This document shows positions 40,899 to 52,607 of a stretch of DNA of 64,000 bases, piece after piece. Position 1 is the stretch's first letter; every line of letters starts with the position of its first letter. Made by a program: the position numbers and the translations under genes. Origin of the DNA: Eledone cirrhosa. Its lineage: Eukaryota. The stretch lies in contig OZ024743.1 of the NCBI GenBank assembly GCA_964016885.1, positions 184,574,001 to 184,638,000 on the forward strand. Reading direction: 5' to 3'. The notes under the pieces were generated by a model. That model did no database searches. It saw nothing but the letters and a program-made list of their open reading frames with translations, and was not told the origin of the DNA.

Positions 40899-42377
40899 TA
40901 CTAATGCTACGTTGGGCGGGCCCGTACGGACGGTCTGCCAAGACCTTCAATCGGTGATTCCAGCCCTGGCAGGAATCGGCCTCCAGGTCAACTCGGAGGT
41001 GGTGAACGTCAGCCTCGATGCTGCGAGCTTTGCAGCCTCCGTCTTGGACGTGCGGTCCATTCTCCGCCAGGTTCAGGTGACCCCCAAAGAGGATGTCCTC
41101 ATCCTCGGGTCACCGATCCACCCGCCGGCCATCCGCTCCACCATCAGGTCTAGACTCTCACGAGCCGACTGGGCTTGATTGACGGCCACCCAGCTCTCTT
41201 TCTGCTGAGGAACTGCTTCGCCATGCCGAAGCTCCTCTATACACTCCGCAGCGCTCCATGCTACACCCAGACATCTCTCCTCGCTGACCTCGATACTTGT
41301 ATCCGAGCAGCAGCCGAGGGGATATGCAACGTCAAGTTTGACGACATAGGGTGGCAACAGGTATGGCGGCCTAGACCTCCGGTCCCCGATCTCACTAGCT
41401 TTTCCGGCGTATCTTTCGTCGGTAACCTCGTCAGCAGGGTTCTTCAAAACACAACAGAACCCTCTGTGTTCAGAGAACGTGAGGCCGCCTGTGAGACGTG
41501 GGACCGGCTGGGACTTAACCCTGTAGACGTCCCTCCTCCTTCTCCCCCTGTTGACGTCAAGTCCCCCCAACGCACTGGCCTCAGACAGGCTCACGCGCCA
41601 GCTCGACCAGCACCGCCTTGCTTGTTTTCGTGCGGCCTCCAAACCCCACAGTGGTGCCTGGCTCCATGCTCTGCCCTCCTTCTCCACTGGCACGCAGCTA
41701 GACAACCATAGCCTGCGAATCGGCGTTTCCCTGAGGCTCGGCCTCCGGATCTGCCAGCCACGCCAATGTCGCTGCGGTTCCACCGTGGACTCTTTCGGCC
41801 TCCACCCGCTTTCCTGTCGCCACAGTGCCGGCCGCATTCCACGCCATACTGCCCTCAATGAGGTCATCAAGCATGACTTGGACGCTGCAGGCTTCTCTTC
41901 CCAGCTCGAGCCGGTGGGGCTGGATCGAGGGGACGGCAAAAGGCCATCTTCCCGTTCCGCGGTGGCAAACACCTTGTCTGAGATGTCACTTGAACCGACA
42001 CTTTCTGCAGCCGCAACCTGGTGCAGTCTGCGACTGACCCAGGTTCTGCTGCACGTCGGGCTGAGGGGGATAAACTCCTCAAATACCGGTCGCTCTCCGA
42101 CAGGTTTGCGGTCGTTCCCCTGGCAGTGGAAATTTCTGGTGTCCTCGGCCCCAGGGCTACCTCCTTACTCACCACCATAGGCGCTGAGCTGGCCAGCCGC
42201 AGGTGTGAGCCCGGCGAGTTGGAGTGGCTTTTCCAGCGCGTCTCCCTTGCCGTCTTCCGGGGAAACGCCTTCTCCAATCTGTCCGCCGGGGCTGTGGGTG
42301 GGCCCCATCGCGTAACAATACATTAGTTAAATACCATTCTTTCATCTGATACAACACAACACATTAAAAAAAAAAAA
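40899..42377 (+). mobile_element. 5'-truncated CRE-clade non-LTR retrotransposon, degenerate
   Basis: [23 protein letters not shown]...CRCG...[27 protein letters not shown]...PLAVE, LFQRVSLAVFRGNA; poly(A) at ~42366-42377. Confidence 0.85.
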
Positions 42378-43753
42378 GCATTATACTATTATATTCATAG
42401 AAAAGTAATAATGATATTTTCTGGTGATAATAAAAAGGTATAACAGAAGAAAAAAAAATATATATATATATATATATACATATATATCGTTCATTCACTA
42501 CGGCATTCCACACAGAGCTTTATATGGGAGAGAACAACTTATACATTCACCGATGAAGCCAACGTTTACTACTACAATTCTTGCTACACTACAATGTACC
42601 ACTGACCAATTTATTTAACAACATATCAAATTTGCAATCGGTGCACATACTTGGTCAACAACAACTCTTTGATACTGTACTGGATGTTCATGTTAAGGGA
42701 GGGGCAGAGCTTTTCAGCTGATAACTATCTAGTTATCTGCAACTTGAGACTAACTAAAGCTAAAAAAGCCCACAAAACTAGCGGGTCAAGGACGACTTAC
42801 AGGACGAAGTGGGAAGCATTGGTGGATACGGAAATCAGGACCAGGTATGCAGATACTATTGCATCCAAATTCAGAGAACTCCCTAAGGAAACTGGGGAGT
42901 CGAGACAGAGTGGAGATTGTTCAGCGCAGCAGTTTCTGCTTTAGCTGTTAAATGTTGCGGGCGAAAGTGGCTTGGTGTGGCACCGGACAGCAGGAGGACC
43001 CCTAGGTTCAATCAAGGAGTCAAAAACGCCGTCCGAGCAAAGAAGGAGACTTACAAAGCTTGGTGTTGTATTATTTTGTACCAAATCGAGGTTGACTTTG
43101 CCTTTCATCCTTACGGGGTCGATAAAATAAAGTACCAGTAATGCACTGGGTAATTGCTGGCCTTGTGCCTAAAGTAGAAACAATTATTTTGTACCAAATC
43201 AAAGGTTTTTATTCAATCTATGAATAATATAGAAAAAGTCAATGAGAAGAAATTAGTATGGGTCAACAATACAACAAACAAGAACAGAACGAATACAACG
43301 AATAAGAATAAAAAGGAATCAAAGAGACAAAAGTGATGCTATAAAACGAAATCATATCATCACATTCTATCCCTCTAGCGTTAATCGTTGTATCGCATTG
43401 CATTGGCCTCACTACTAAGCGTCCTCGGCGTGTTCTTTGTTGTTGGGGTGTGTTATTCGAGGTTAAGAATGTGTCAGGAGATTCATCGTCGTCGAATTCA
43501 GCACTCTCTGTAGGATTGTTATCGGCGGTAGATGTCATACTTTCGTTCCCAACGGCCACAGGTGTAGATATTGCTGTTGGTTGAGTTAAATTGGCGCCTT
43601 TTTGGGAGTTATTATTCTGACACTCCGATGTTGTTGAATTTTCATTGTTTTGTGGTGATGCTGCTGGTGCGAGATTTGTAGTTGAGACTGTGTCTATTCT
43701 TCCACTATTAAATTGTACCTTGGCAAAGTGAGGTGAGATCGTCTCGATGAGTT

Positions 43754-45865
43754 TATAGCAAAATACTAGTGTGTATGAATATAACAAAGAGAAGTGGTTT
43801 GTGTGTATAATATTTAATAAACAATTTGTGGATATATAGATCAGTATAGTTGACATGTCAATGAATAGATGAAAGAATGAAGCAAAGTTATTAGTTACCG
43901 TTTTGATTGCCATGCAAACGCGGCTGGCAGAAGACGCCTGGCTAAGGCCAGGCGCCGGAAGGCAAAATGAGAGAGAGAGAACTTAAAGTTGTTAGTTTTA
44001 TAGGGTTTTGACCGGAAGTTACAGAAAGGGTTCTACTTCCTGTCTAAAGAGCGTTAATCTATTGGGGTTGTGAGTGTCACAACAAGGGAGGCAACTCCTG
44101 TTACATTACTTCCCGCCAGATTTTTAAAATATAAAAATCGAATGAAATATGTATGTAGCAAGTTGGCGAGAATGTTGTAACAGGCATGAAAATTACGAAA
44201 AAAACAATAATGTTTGCAAAAATCAATGATAGATATCAAGGTAGCCAACCGCTCTTGGCCAGAGAACGACTGGACATCTATCTATCCATCACCCAAAGAT
44301 ACGATGTAATAAAGTAAGAGAAGAGCTCAAAGTTCAAATGTACAAAATATAGTTCACAGGTGTGCAATCACATGACAGCAGGAAGGAAAGTGTGTTCCAG
44401 AGAATGAATGCAGGTGGTTTCTGTTCTGTGGTATATCGTGAAATTTCCAACCTCCGAATGGATTTTCTCACAGGAAGAGTGCCGCAAAAATAAATTCTCT
44501 GTCTTATTCTGCTGGTTTTGGTTGTTGATGAAGCTGTGTTGCTGTTGATGTTGTTGTCTCGCGGAGTGAGCGTATTCGATGTTTAAATTCACAGTAAAAA
44601 TATTTTTTTCGGAAAAAATGAGTTGCGCAAAGTGCTAGAAATAACAGCCGAAGTTGATGGTCGATGTTGAGAATGCGTTGACCTGGAAGGGTCAAGAGGC
44701 CAGCGACCAAAGAAATAAGCATTCTGAATAAATGCGCAGTTTTCAACGGCAAATTTACGTGGTAAATTTTTAAACCGGCAAATAGGAGAATATAGCTTAA
44801 GGCTGGAGAATCCTTGGCGAGAAACGTTATCCCTGGCGTGCGGCTATCTCAGTGAATCGAGATATCTCCGTGAGTCGAGAATCCTGCTGCCTACACGTGC
44901 CAAAACAAGGTTAAGTTGAAAAAAAAAAAAAAATTTCTAATGCGCGAGAAAATGGCACGAAAATGATAGTGCAGCAGGTCGTTGGCAGCCATTTTGAAAA
45001 AATGTGTGTGTGAAAGTGACAATGATGAAAAAGAAAGAAAGGCTTCACTTAGCATAACAAATATGGCGAGTTCAATTTGTTTTTTTTTTATTTTTGGTGT
45101 GAACTTTGAAAAAAACTTGAACGATGAAGAAAACGATAAAAACAAAGGCAATGGTTGAGGTTCATCGAAAATAAATGCTCCTGTTGAAATGTTTTTTTTT
45201 AAAAATAATTTCTTTTTTTTTTGTTTGTTTTTAAAGTGTTCGTTGTAAGAAACGAGAAACATATATATATATATCGTGAAATGCGACAGTTAGTTGATGC
45301 GTAAGAGAAAAAGTCTGTCTGAACGCGAATTTCACATGTGCGTGGTGTGTTCGTTTCTTGGTTGCGTATTTTCATAGTTTGTCAATAAAGTTTTGCTGTG
45401 TATTCGTAATGTTACTCACACAACACCAGATTCTGCTATTTTTTTTTTTTTCCGGGTCACCAATTATAACAATGAACGGCTGCGTGTTCGTATCACGTCG
45501 CGGTCACCAATTATAGCAAAATACTAGTGTATATGAATATAACAAAGAGAAGTGGTTTGTGTGTATAATATTTAATAAACAATTTGTGGATATATAGATC
45601 AGTATAGTTGACATGTCAATGAATAGATGAAAGAATGAAGCAAAGTTATTAGTTACCGTTTTGATTGCCAGGCAAACGCGGCTGGCAGAAGACGCCTGGC
45701 TAAGGCCAGGCGCCGGAAGGCAAAATGAGAGAGAGAGAGAACTTAAAGTTGTTAGTTTTATAGGGTTCTGACCGGAAGTTACAGAAAGGGTTCTACTTCC
45801 TGTCTAAATAGCGTTAATCTATTGGGGTTGTGAGTGTCACAACAAGGGAGGCAACTCCTGCTACA
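43754..45865 (-). mobile_element. Non-autonomous LTR element 'B1' (2.1 kb)
   Basis: LTRs 43754-44105 and 45512-45865 (about 5 substitutions), TG...TA ends, 4-bp TSD AGTT, tRNA-Trp PBS, PPT ggcgggaagtaa; no recognisable gag/pol. Confidence 0.9.
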
Positions 45866-47215
45866 AGTTGAACGTTTTCCGCGAGAGCACCCCCTTTATT
45901 CCTTATGTGACGTCGATGTAGCACGATTGTGCCCAGTTTATTTAGAAACTCTGGTATTTCTGTGCCGTTGTTTGTCGATCTGGTGAATGAAAATACTCTT
46001 TCATGTGGTGTGGCGTTTGTAGCAGTGCAAAGCAATCCTCGGATAGATGACAGAGCGATTGGAATCATGTTACTCCATTCATTTTTATTGAGATTATTTG
46101 TCTTCAATGCCAGACTTATCGCTTTGCATATTGTGCCGTTAACTCTTTCGCATTGGCCGTTGGCTTGGGGTCGATATGGCGTGGTGTGGTTGTAGCGCTC
46201 TCTAGTCTAGCAACACACTAAATGGCTTTTTATAATGTTATTACTCGATAAGAAATCTTTGAGTTTTTGTGATTCAAATTGACGTCCCCTATCTGTATGA
46301 ATCGAACTGGGTTTTCCAAATATAGAGAATATCTCCAATAGATGTTTAATTACTACGTCCGTTGTTATCTCTTTACAGAGAATGGCGAATGGAAAACGTG
46401 AGTACTCGTCAACTATAGTTAACATAAATCGAAAACCGTTTGAGATAGCCATGGGACCCACAAAGTCCATTGATAGTGTTTCCCAGGTTCTTGTGGCATG
46501 TATTAATCTTCCTTTGGGTGGTTTATAGAATTGTGGTTTACATTCACGGCATATTTTGCAATTGGCGATAACTTCTCTTATTTCATTAATAGGATATGTC
46601 AAGTTCCTTGATTTACAATAATGTAGAAGTCTGGTGACCCCCGATGACATAGACGTGAGTGAATATTGTATAATTCGTGTTCCGTCTTAGTAGAGCAGCA
46701 GCGCGATAGGGCGTCCGAGGCTTGGTTTAATGAACCAGCTCTATATGAGAAGGTAAGGTTAAGATCGCTTAGCTCCAGTCGCCAGCGGGCTACCTTCTCG
46801 TTTTTAATCTTGGAAGTGTGCTTTTTGTTGAACGCAAATGCAACCGATCGTTGGTCTGTTATGATATTACAATGTGGAACAGCGCTGATCATATGCCACC
46901 ATTTTCTACAACATTCTATAATTGCGCAAGATTCCTTTTCGATGATGGAATGTCCTTTTTCTGACTTATTTAGGGTTCTACTAAGAAAAGCAATTGGACG
47001 ACCATTTTGCGATAGAGTTCCGCCAATGGCAATATCTGATGCGTCGGTTTCGATTATAAATGGTGCAGTGAAATCGGGTGAACACAGTGATGCCTTTATG
47101 AGTTCTTCCTTCATCTTATTAATAGTAGATTTTTCTTCGTTTGATAGACCTTGTTTATTATTTGTAAGAACAACTGAGAGGTTAAATGAGCCCTTAATCC
47201 ATTTAGCATAGTATG

Positions 47216-50200
47216 TTTAGAATGTTGGTATCAGTGTATATATATTATTAAGAATGACAATAAATGCAGGTGAGTGTTGTGACATGGTTTTACTTCACAG
47301 AAGTCAAATAAATTAATAGAAATAATTTTTACCACATGTTGATGGTCAGTTGGTCGCAACTCCCAGACTGGAGCGTGTAGAGAAAGAGAGAGAGAGAAGA
47401 CAGGAGTCATCTCTTGGCAAGGTCTGAAGTGGTTATTCTTGCTGCGGCGTAGGAAGTGAGAGTTAATGCCTTGATGTTCTCAAATATATAGTCCCCAGAG
47501 GGATGCAACTCCATTTAGTACATGGATCTGTCACAAAGGGATGCAACTCCTATACGTATCTGCCACTGGGAGTCGCGACCGTCACAAAGGGACGCAACTC
47601 CTATACGTTCTGAGTTCCAGCCGTAAAGGGTCGCTACAGTACCCTCCTTCAGACGATAGGCGAAAAGCCCGAAGGTAACTGTAGCGAACCCACAAGCATG
47701 GGCTCCCAGCACAGGCATGAAATAGTAACGAAAAGGAACATGTATAAATCAGGCATGAAATAGTAACGAAAGGGTACATGTATACATAGTAATACAATAA
47801 AGAGAAAAACAAAAGAGGCTCCAGTGGCTAGTACACATAAAAACAGTTTGGCAGAGTTTTTGGGGCCAGTGGACTCTTCGACCGGAACGGGTCGTGGTCT
47901 TGTATGTAGGTGAAGGTGGGGCAGAAGGAACAGGTGTATGCACAAGAGAGAAAGATTGGGGTATTTGTGGCTCGGGTGTATGAGCGTCATTGTATGCCCT
48001 TTTTAGTCTATCCACCGAAATTGTTTCTCTGGACCCCTTAATGTCTACTGTGAAATGTTTGTCAGTACGTGCTAACACACGGTAGGGTCCAGAGTACGGC
48101 TGTATGAGGGGTGGAGTAACCGCGTCGTTTCTGACGAATACATGTGTCCACGAGGCAATATCCCTCAGGACTGCAGCTTTAATAGTTTGTTTCCTAGTAT
48201 TCATGGGCGGTAAGTTCTGAAAATAGGAGCGCAAACAGATACGTAGGAAAGAGGGTCCTTAAAAGCAAGATCAGTAGGGGCAAACATTTGCCCAGGCAAC
48301 GCTAGAGGAGCACTATACAGTAATTCGGCCGGGGAGAACCCAAAGTCCTCCTTTATTGATGACCGAATTCCTAACAACACAATAGGAAGGTACTCGCTCC
48401 AACGTTGAGAGTCTGGATAGGCGCGAAGAGCGGCCTTTAATTGGCGGTGGAATCGTTCCACCATTCCGTTCGAAGCTATAGTCTCAGCGGTAATGTCTTT
48501 TAAGGGGATGGCTTCAGGCCATCACGAAAAACGATCGATGCAGGTCAAGAGGTAAGAATATCCACTACTGAATGGTCAAGGTTCAACGATATCAATGTGG
48601 ATGTGTTGAAACCGAGCATCTGGAGTACTGAAAGTACCAAGTGGAGTCCGGATGTGTCTGTGGACTTTAGATCTCTGACACTGTGTGCAGGAACGGCACC
48701 AGACAGTAATTTCTCGCCTCATATTGGGCCAGAAAATCTAGCCGTTATAAGCTTTACTGTGGCAGAAATTCCTGGGTGAGAAATGCTGTGCAAAGCAAGG
48801 AACACAATTCGACGGTGAGTCTCAGGAACATAAGGTCGTGGTGAATCTGTAGATACATCACATAGAATCTGCCTGTCGGTGGTCGACAAGGGCAGATATT
48901 TGAAGATGCAAGTCGCAAACTCGACAGAAAGAGTATCCAACGATTGGAGTGCAGGTTGGTCTGCAGCTAAACGACTTAAGTCGATCTCCTGGGATGACGA
49001 GATGGAGCTGATTGGCAAACGTGACAATGCGTCTGCAGCTATGTTAAGCGAGCCAGCAATGTGCTGGATATCATTTGTTAATTGCGAAACGTAATCCAGG
49101 TGCCTTGTCTCTCTGGGCGAATATCTGTCGGCTTTAGCCCCCAAAGCTAAGGTCAGAGGTTTGTGGTCAGTTAAAACAGTAAAATTTCTCCCCTCAAGAA
49201 TATGAGAGAAATGTTTCACCGACAGATATATGGCTAATAATTCCCGCCCAAACGTGCTGTAACGCGTTTCTGCTGGTTTCAGCTTCCTTGAGAAAAATAC
49301 CAAAGGTTGTTGGTTTCCAGCGTTGTACTGGTGTAAAACTGCTCCCACAGTGGTATCAGATGCATCAACACAAAGCGAAAGCTTGGCTTTTGGTACTGGG
49401 GGTGGGGGGGGGGGGGGGGGCTAGCAAAGATGAACTAGCAAGTGCTGTCTTGGCAGTCTGGAAGTCTTTAAGCTGTCCTTGTGTCAAGGAAATATCCTCA
49501 TTCTTCTTACGACGATTTTTCAAAATGTCAGTAAGGGAAGATAGCAAATTAGCACAACGAGGAACGAAACGCCTATAGAAATTGATTAGGCCTAAGAAGT
49601 GACGCAACTGGTGAAGTGTAGTAGGCGGAGGTAAATCCTGTATGGCTTGAACTCGCTGAGGGAGCGGCCTAATACCTTCGGCGTCGATGAGGTGGCCTAA
49701 AAAATTTAGCGAAGTGGAACCGAAAACACACTTTGCGGGATTCACAAGAACGCGGTAATCCTGAAGTCGCCGAAATAAGAGATGCATGTGGCGCATATGC
49801 TCTTCCGGAGAGGAACTAGCGACGAGAAGATCGTCTATGTATACATAAACGAAGTCCAGACCACGAGTGACTTCGTCTATGAACCGCTGAAAAGTGCTAG
49901 CGGCGTTCCTGAGTCCGAAAGGCATGGTCAAAAATTCGAAGGATCCGAAAGGAGTTGTAATTGCCGTTTTCGGAATAACCTCCTTCCTGACCGGGATTTG
50001 GTGGTAGGCTCGCACTAAATCTAGTTTTGAGAAAATCTTACACCCCTGCAATGACGATGCGAAATCCTGGAGATGGGGGATGGGATATCTATCCGGGACG
50101 GTCATAGCATTTAACCTCCTATAATCCCCAGTGGGTCTCCAGTCGCCGGAAGTCTTGGGCACCATGTGTAACGGTGAAGCCCAAGGACTCGTAGATGGGC

Positions 50201-52222
50201 GAATAATGCCCAGCTGCAGCATATGGTCGAACCTGGGCCGTGCTGCCTTTAATTTGTCCGCCGGTAAGCGGCGTGGACGCGAAAACACTGGAGCACCGGT
50301 GGTGGAAATGAAATGTTCAGTTGAGTGTGTTGGCTCAGTGACTCGAAAATTTCCATCGGTGAGCTCCGGGAAAGAACCTAACAACGAATGGTAGACGTCT
50401 CCAGTGACAGCGATGAAGAATATGGGGCTGACTGTTGGAGCATCGGCTTTCCGGCCACGAATTGAAAAACCGGTGATGTCATCCACCAGGCCTTGGCCAC
50501 GGACGTCAACAGTCAAAGAGAAGTTGTGGAGGAAATCCGCTCCTAAGATAGGGTATGGCAAATCGGCAACCGTAAAAATCCACTTAAAATCCCTACGAAA
50601 ATTTAGGAATTTGAGAGGAAGCGAGATTTGTCCGTACGTCTTTATAGACGAGTGATTAACTGCCTGCAGAGTAACGGATGACTCTACGGGGGTATCTTTC
50701 AGGCAATGGACCGGCCAAATACTACAGGAGGCTCCTGTATCCACGAGGAAACCTTTTCCCGATATAAGGTCCTTAATGAAGAAATGGCGGTTTGATGGCT
50801 TTATGTTGAGGTCAACTGCCCCTATCAGCGGACCTCTTTGGCGTTTCCCGCCTTCTGAAACGAGCAAGGTTGCACGCAGTGGTTCGCGCTCTCGGCAAAA
50901 CGCTCGTGGTACCAGCATAAAGATGAAGCTGGTGACCTGGGGCGGCGTCTAAAAGATTAAGATCTCCCGCGGCTGCGCGAGTGCGAACGGGCACCACACC
51001 AGACCTTCATCTTCTGGAGCTCTAGGGTGAGTTCCTGAATGGACTTCTGCATCGCCATAATGGCTGAGCTCTCTGTAGGAGTTGCCGCGCATATGGCATG
51101 ACTAGGTGTGGCCTGAGCTGGTTGGGAAACAGCAGCAAGGGCTTCGCTGCCTCCAGCACCCGTGACTTCAAAAACTTTGTCCGCAGAGGCGGCAAGCTGA
51201 TCCACTGTGCAAGTATCCCTAATGGGGGCCAAAATTGCCTGTACGTTGGTCGGTAGGTGCGAGAAGAACAACTGCTTCAATATGGCAGATTCCGCTACCG
51301 ACCCCTCCGTTAGGTCCTTCATTCACCTTAGGAGGTTCGATGGGGTGCCATCACCGATATGCTCCAGATGGACCAGAGCCCTAAATCTTTTTTCTGTGGA
51401 CTGTGCAGTCCGGCTGAGTATTTCAGCCTTCAGAGACATGTACGTCGCGTCGGTGGGTGTCTCTAACACCAGGTCCTTAATCGCTGGGATAAGTGCCGGT
51501 GGAATTGCACTAGGGGACGTTGTTGTGCCTCGTCGATTCTGTTCGCCTCGAAAACTGCTTCGAGTTGGGCGAACCATAACCTTACGTCGCCCGTGTACGT
51601 AGCTAGAACAGAATGAGATGCCATTGGTATACCGTAGGTAATCTGCAAAAAATCGTCTCCGTTTGGAAAAATGTTTCCAACACGAGGGAAAAGGAAAACA
51701 AAATCGCTTGTTTTTCTCTGTCAAACAACTGGACAGGAAAAATAATGCATCCGAGACAACATATAAAGGAGCGACTAACCGAGCGATGTCATTAACAAGT
51801 TATAGGCAGGGAATTTAAAACTAAAACCAATATGGCGGACGATTTCACGCCAAAAACACTATTGATGGAGAAGAAAGCCGCCATCTTGTCATCCTCAAAA
51901 ATTTTAGCCAGAGAAAAGAAGAAAAGAAGAAAAAACATTCATACAATTGTTGTTTTGCTAGGAAACTAGCGGCAATATCATCTTATTATTTTTTTTGTTT
52001 TTGTGTTTGTGTGTAAATAAATGGAATGTTCGCTTTGCACATATGAGGAGTTTGATTGTTAAATGTTACAGATAAAGATGCTGAAATCAGTAAAATACAG
52101 CCAGATCAGAATGAAGCGTGTTGTTCTGTATTAAATGTTTTTTTCTTTCTTTTTTTTATATACACATGATACTGCTTCATATTTTTTTTTTTTTTTTCGG
52201 TGTCACCAATTTAGAATGTTGG
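47216..52222 (-). mobile_element. CsRn1/Kabuki-like Gypsy element 'C', frameshifted, 5' LTR mostly deleted
   Basis: gag (WFAQLEAVF), protease LVDTGAS, RT YIDD (ORF 49365-50918), RNase H, integrase with GPY motif; 423-bp 3' LTR 47216-47638; 13-bp remnant of the 5' LTR at 52210-52222; PBS TGGTGACACCG. Confidence 0.92.
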
Positions 52223-52446
52223 CAAAAAGACCGATTACCCGGTTCAACTCTTTTAACGTCTTTGAGAACGGCATGTCAATAAGGGCTTTTAATTTACCTT
52301 TTTCTATGACATGTCCAAGGAAATGTATTCTATTTTGTTTAAAGCTGCATTTGTCTCGATTCAATTGCATTCCTGCATTGTTAGCTGCATTCATGAATTA
52401 CTTTAGGTTATGGTTATGTTCTTCGACTGAGTCTCCTCCTATAATA

Positions 52447-52607
52447 ATTGTTTCTACTTTTGGCACAAGGCCAGCAATTACCCAGTGTATTACTGGTACT
52501 TTATTTTATCGACCCTGTAAGGATGAAAGGCAAAGTTAACTTCGGCGGATTTGAACTCAGACCATAAAGGGCCGTAACTCTTTGCTGCAAAGTATGGCGT
52601 CCGACCC
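52447..52607 (-). mobile_element. tRNA-derived SINE inserted just after the YLDD codons of element A
   Basis: Same family as 15003-15185; splits YLDDI|IIGG. Confidence 0.85.

Noticed and set aside
41073-41972. 299-aa minus-strand ORF
   Set aside because: Antisense shadow of the GC-rich CRE coding sequence; no independent motifs.
43263-43913. 216-aa ORF as a novel gene
   Set aside because: Chimera of B1 LTR sequence, the A integrase C-terminus and the A LTR.
43900-44105. Retrozyme (hammerhead in the LTRs of B1/B2)
   Set aside because: Size and layout fit, but I found no CTGANGA/GAAA core on either strand, only a GC hairpin (cgcctggc-taag-gccaggcg).
45440-45509. tRNA-Trp gene
   Set aside because: Only the 3' 32 nt are present, with encoded CCA and directly beside an LTR; it is a primer-binding site.
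47628-47691. Hammerhead ribozyme at the PPT of element C
   Set aside because: cagacga...gaaa resembles the core but lacks CUGA and a proper cleavage triplet; kept only as a hairpin.
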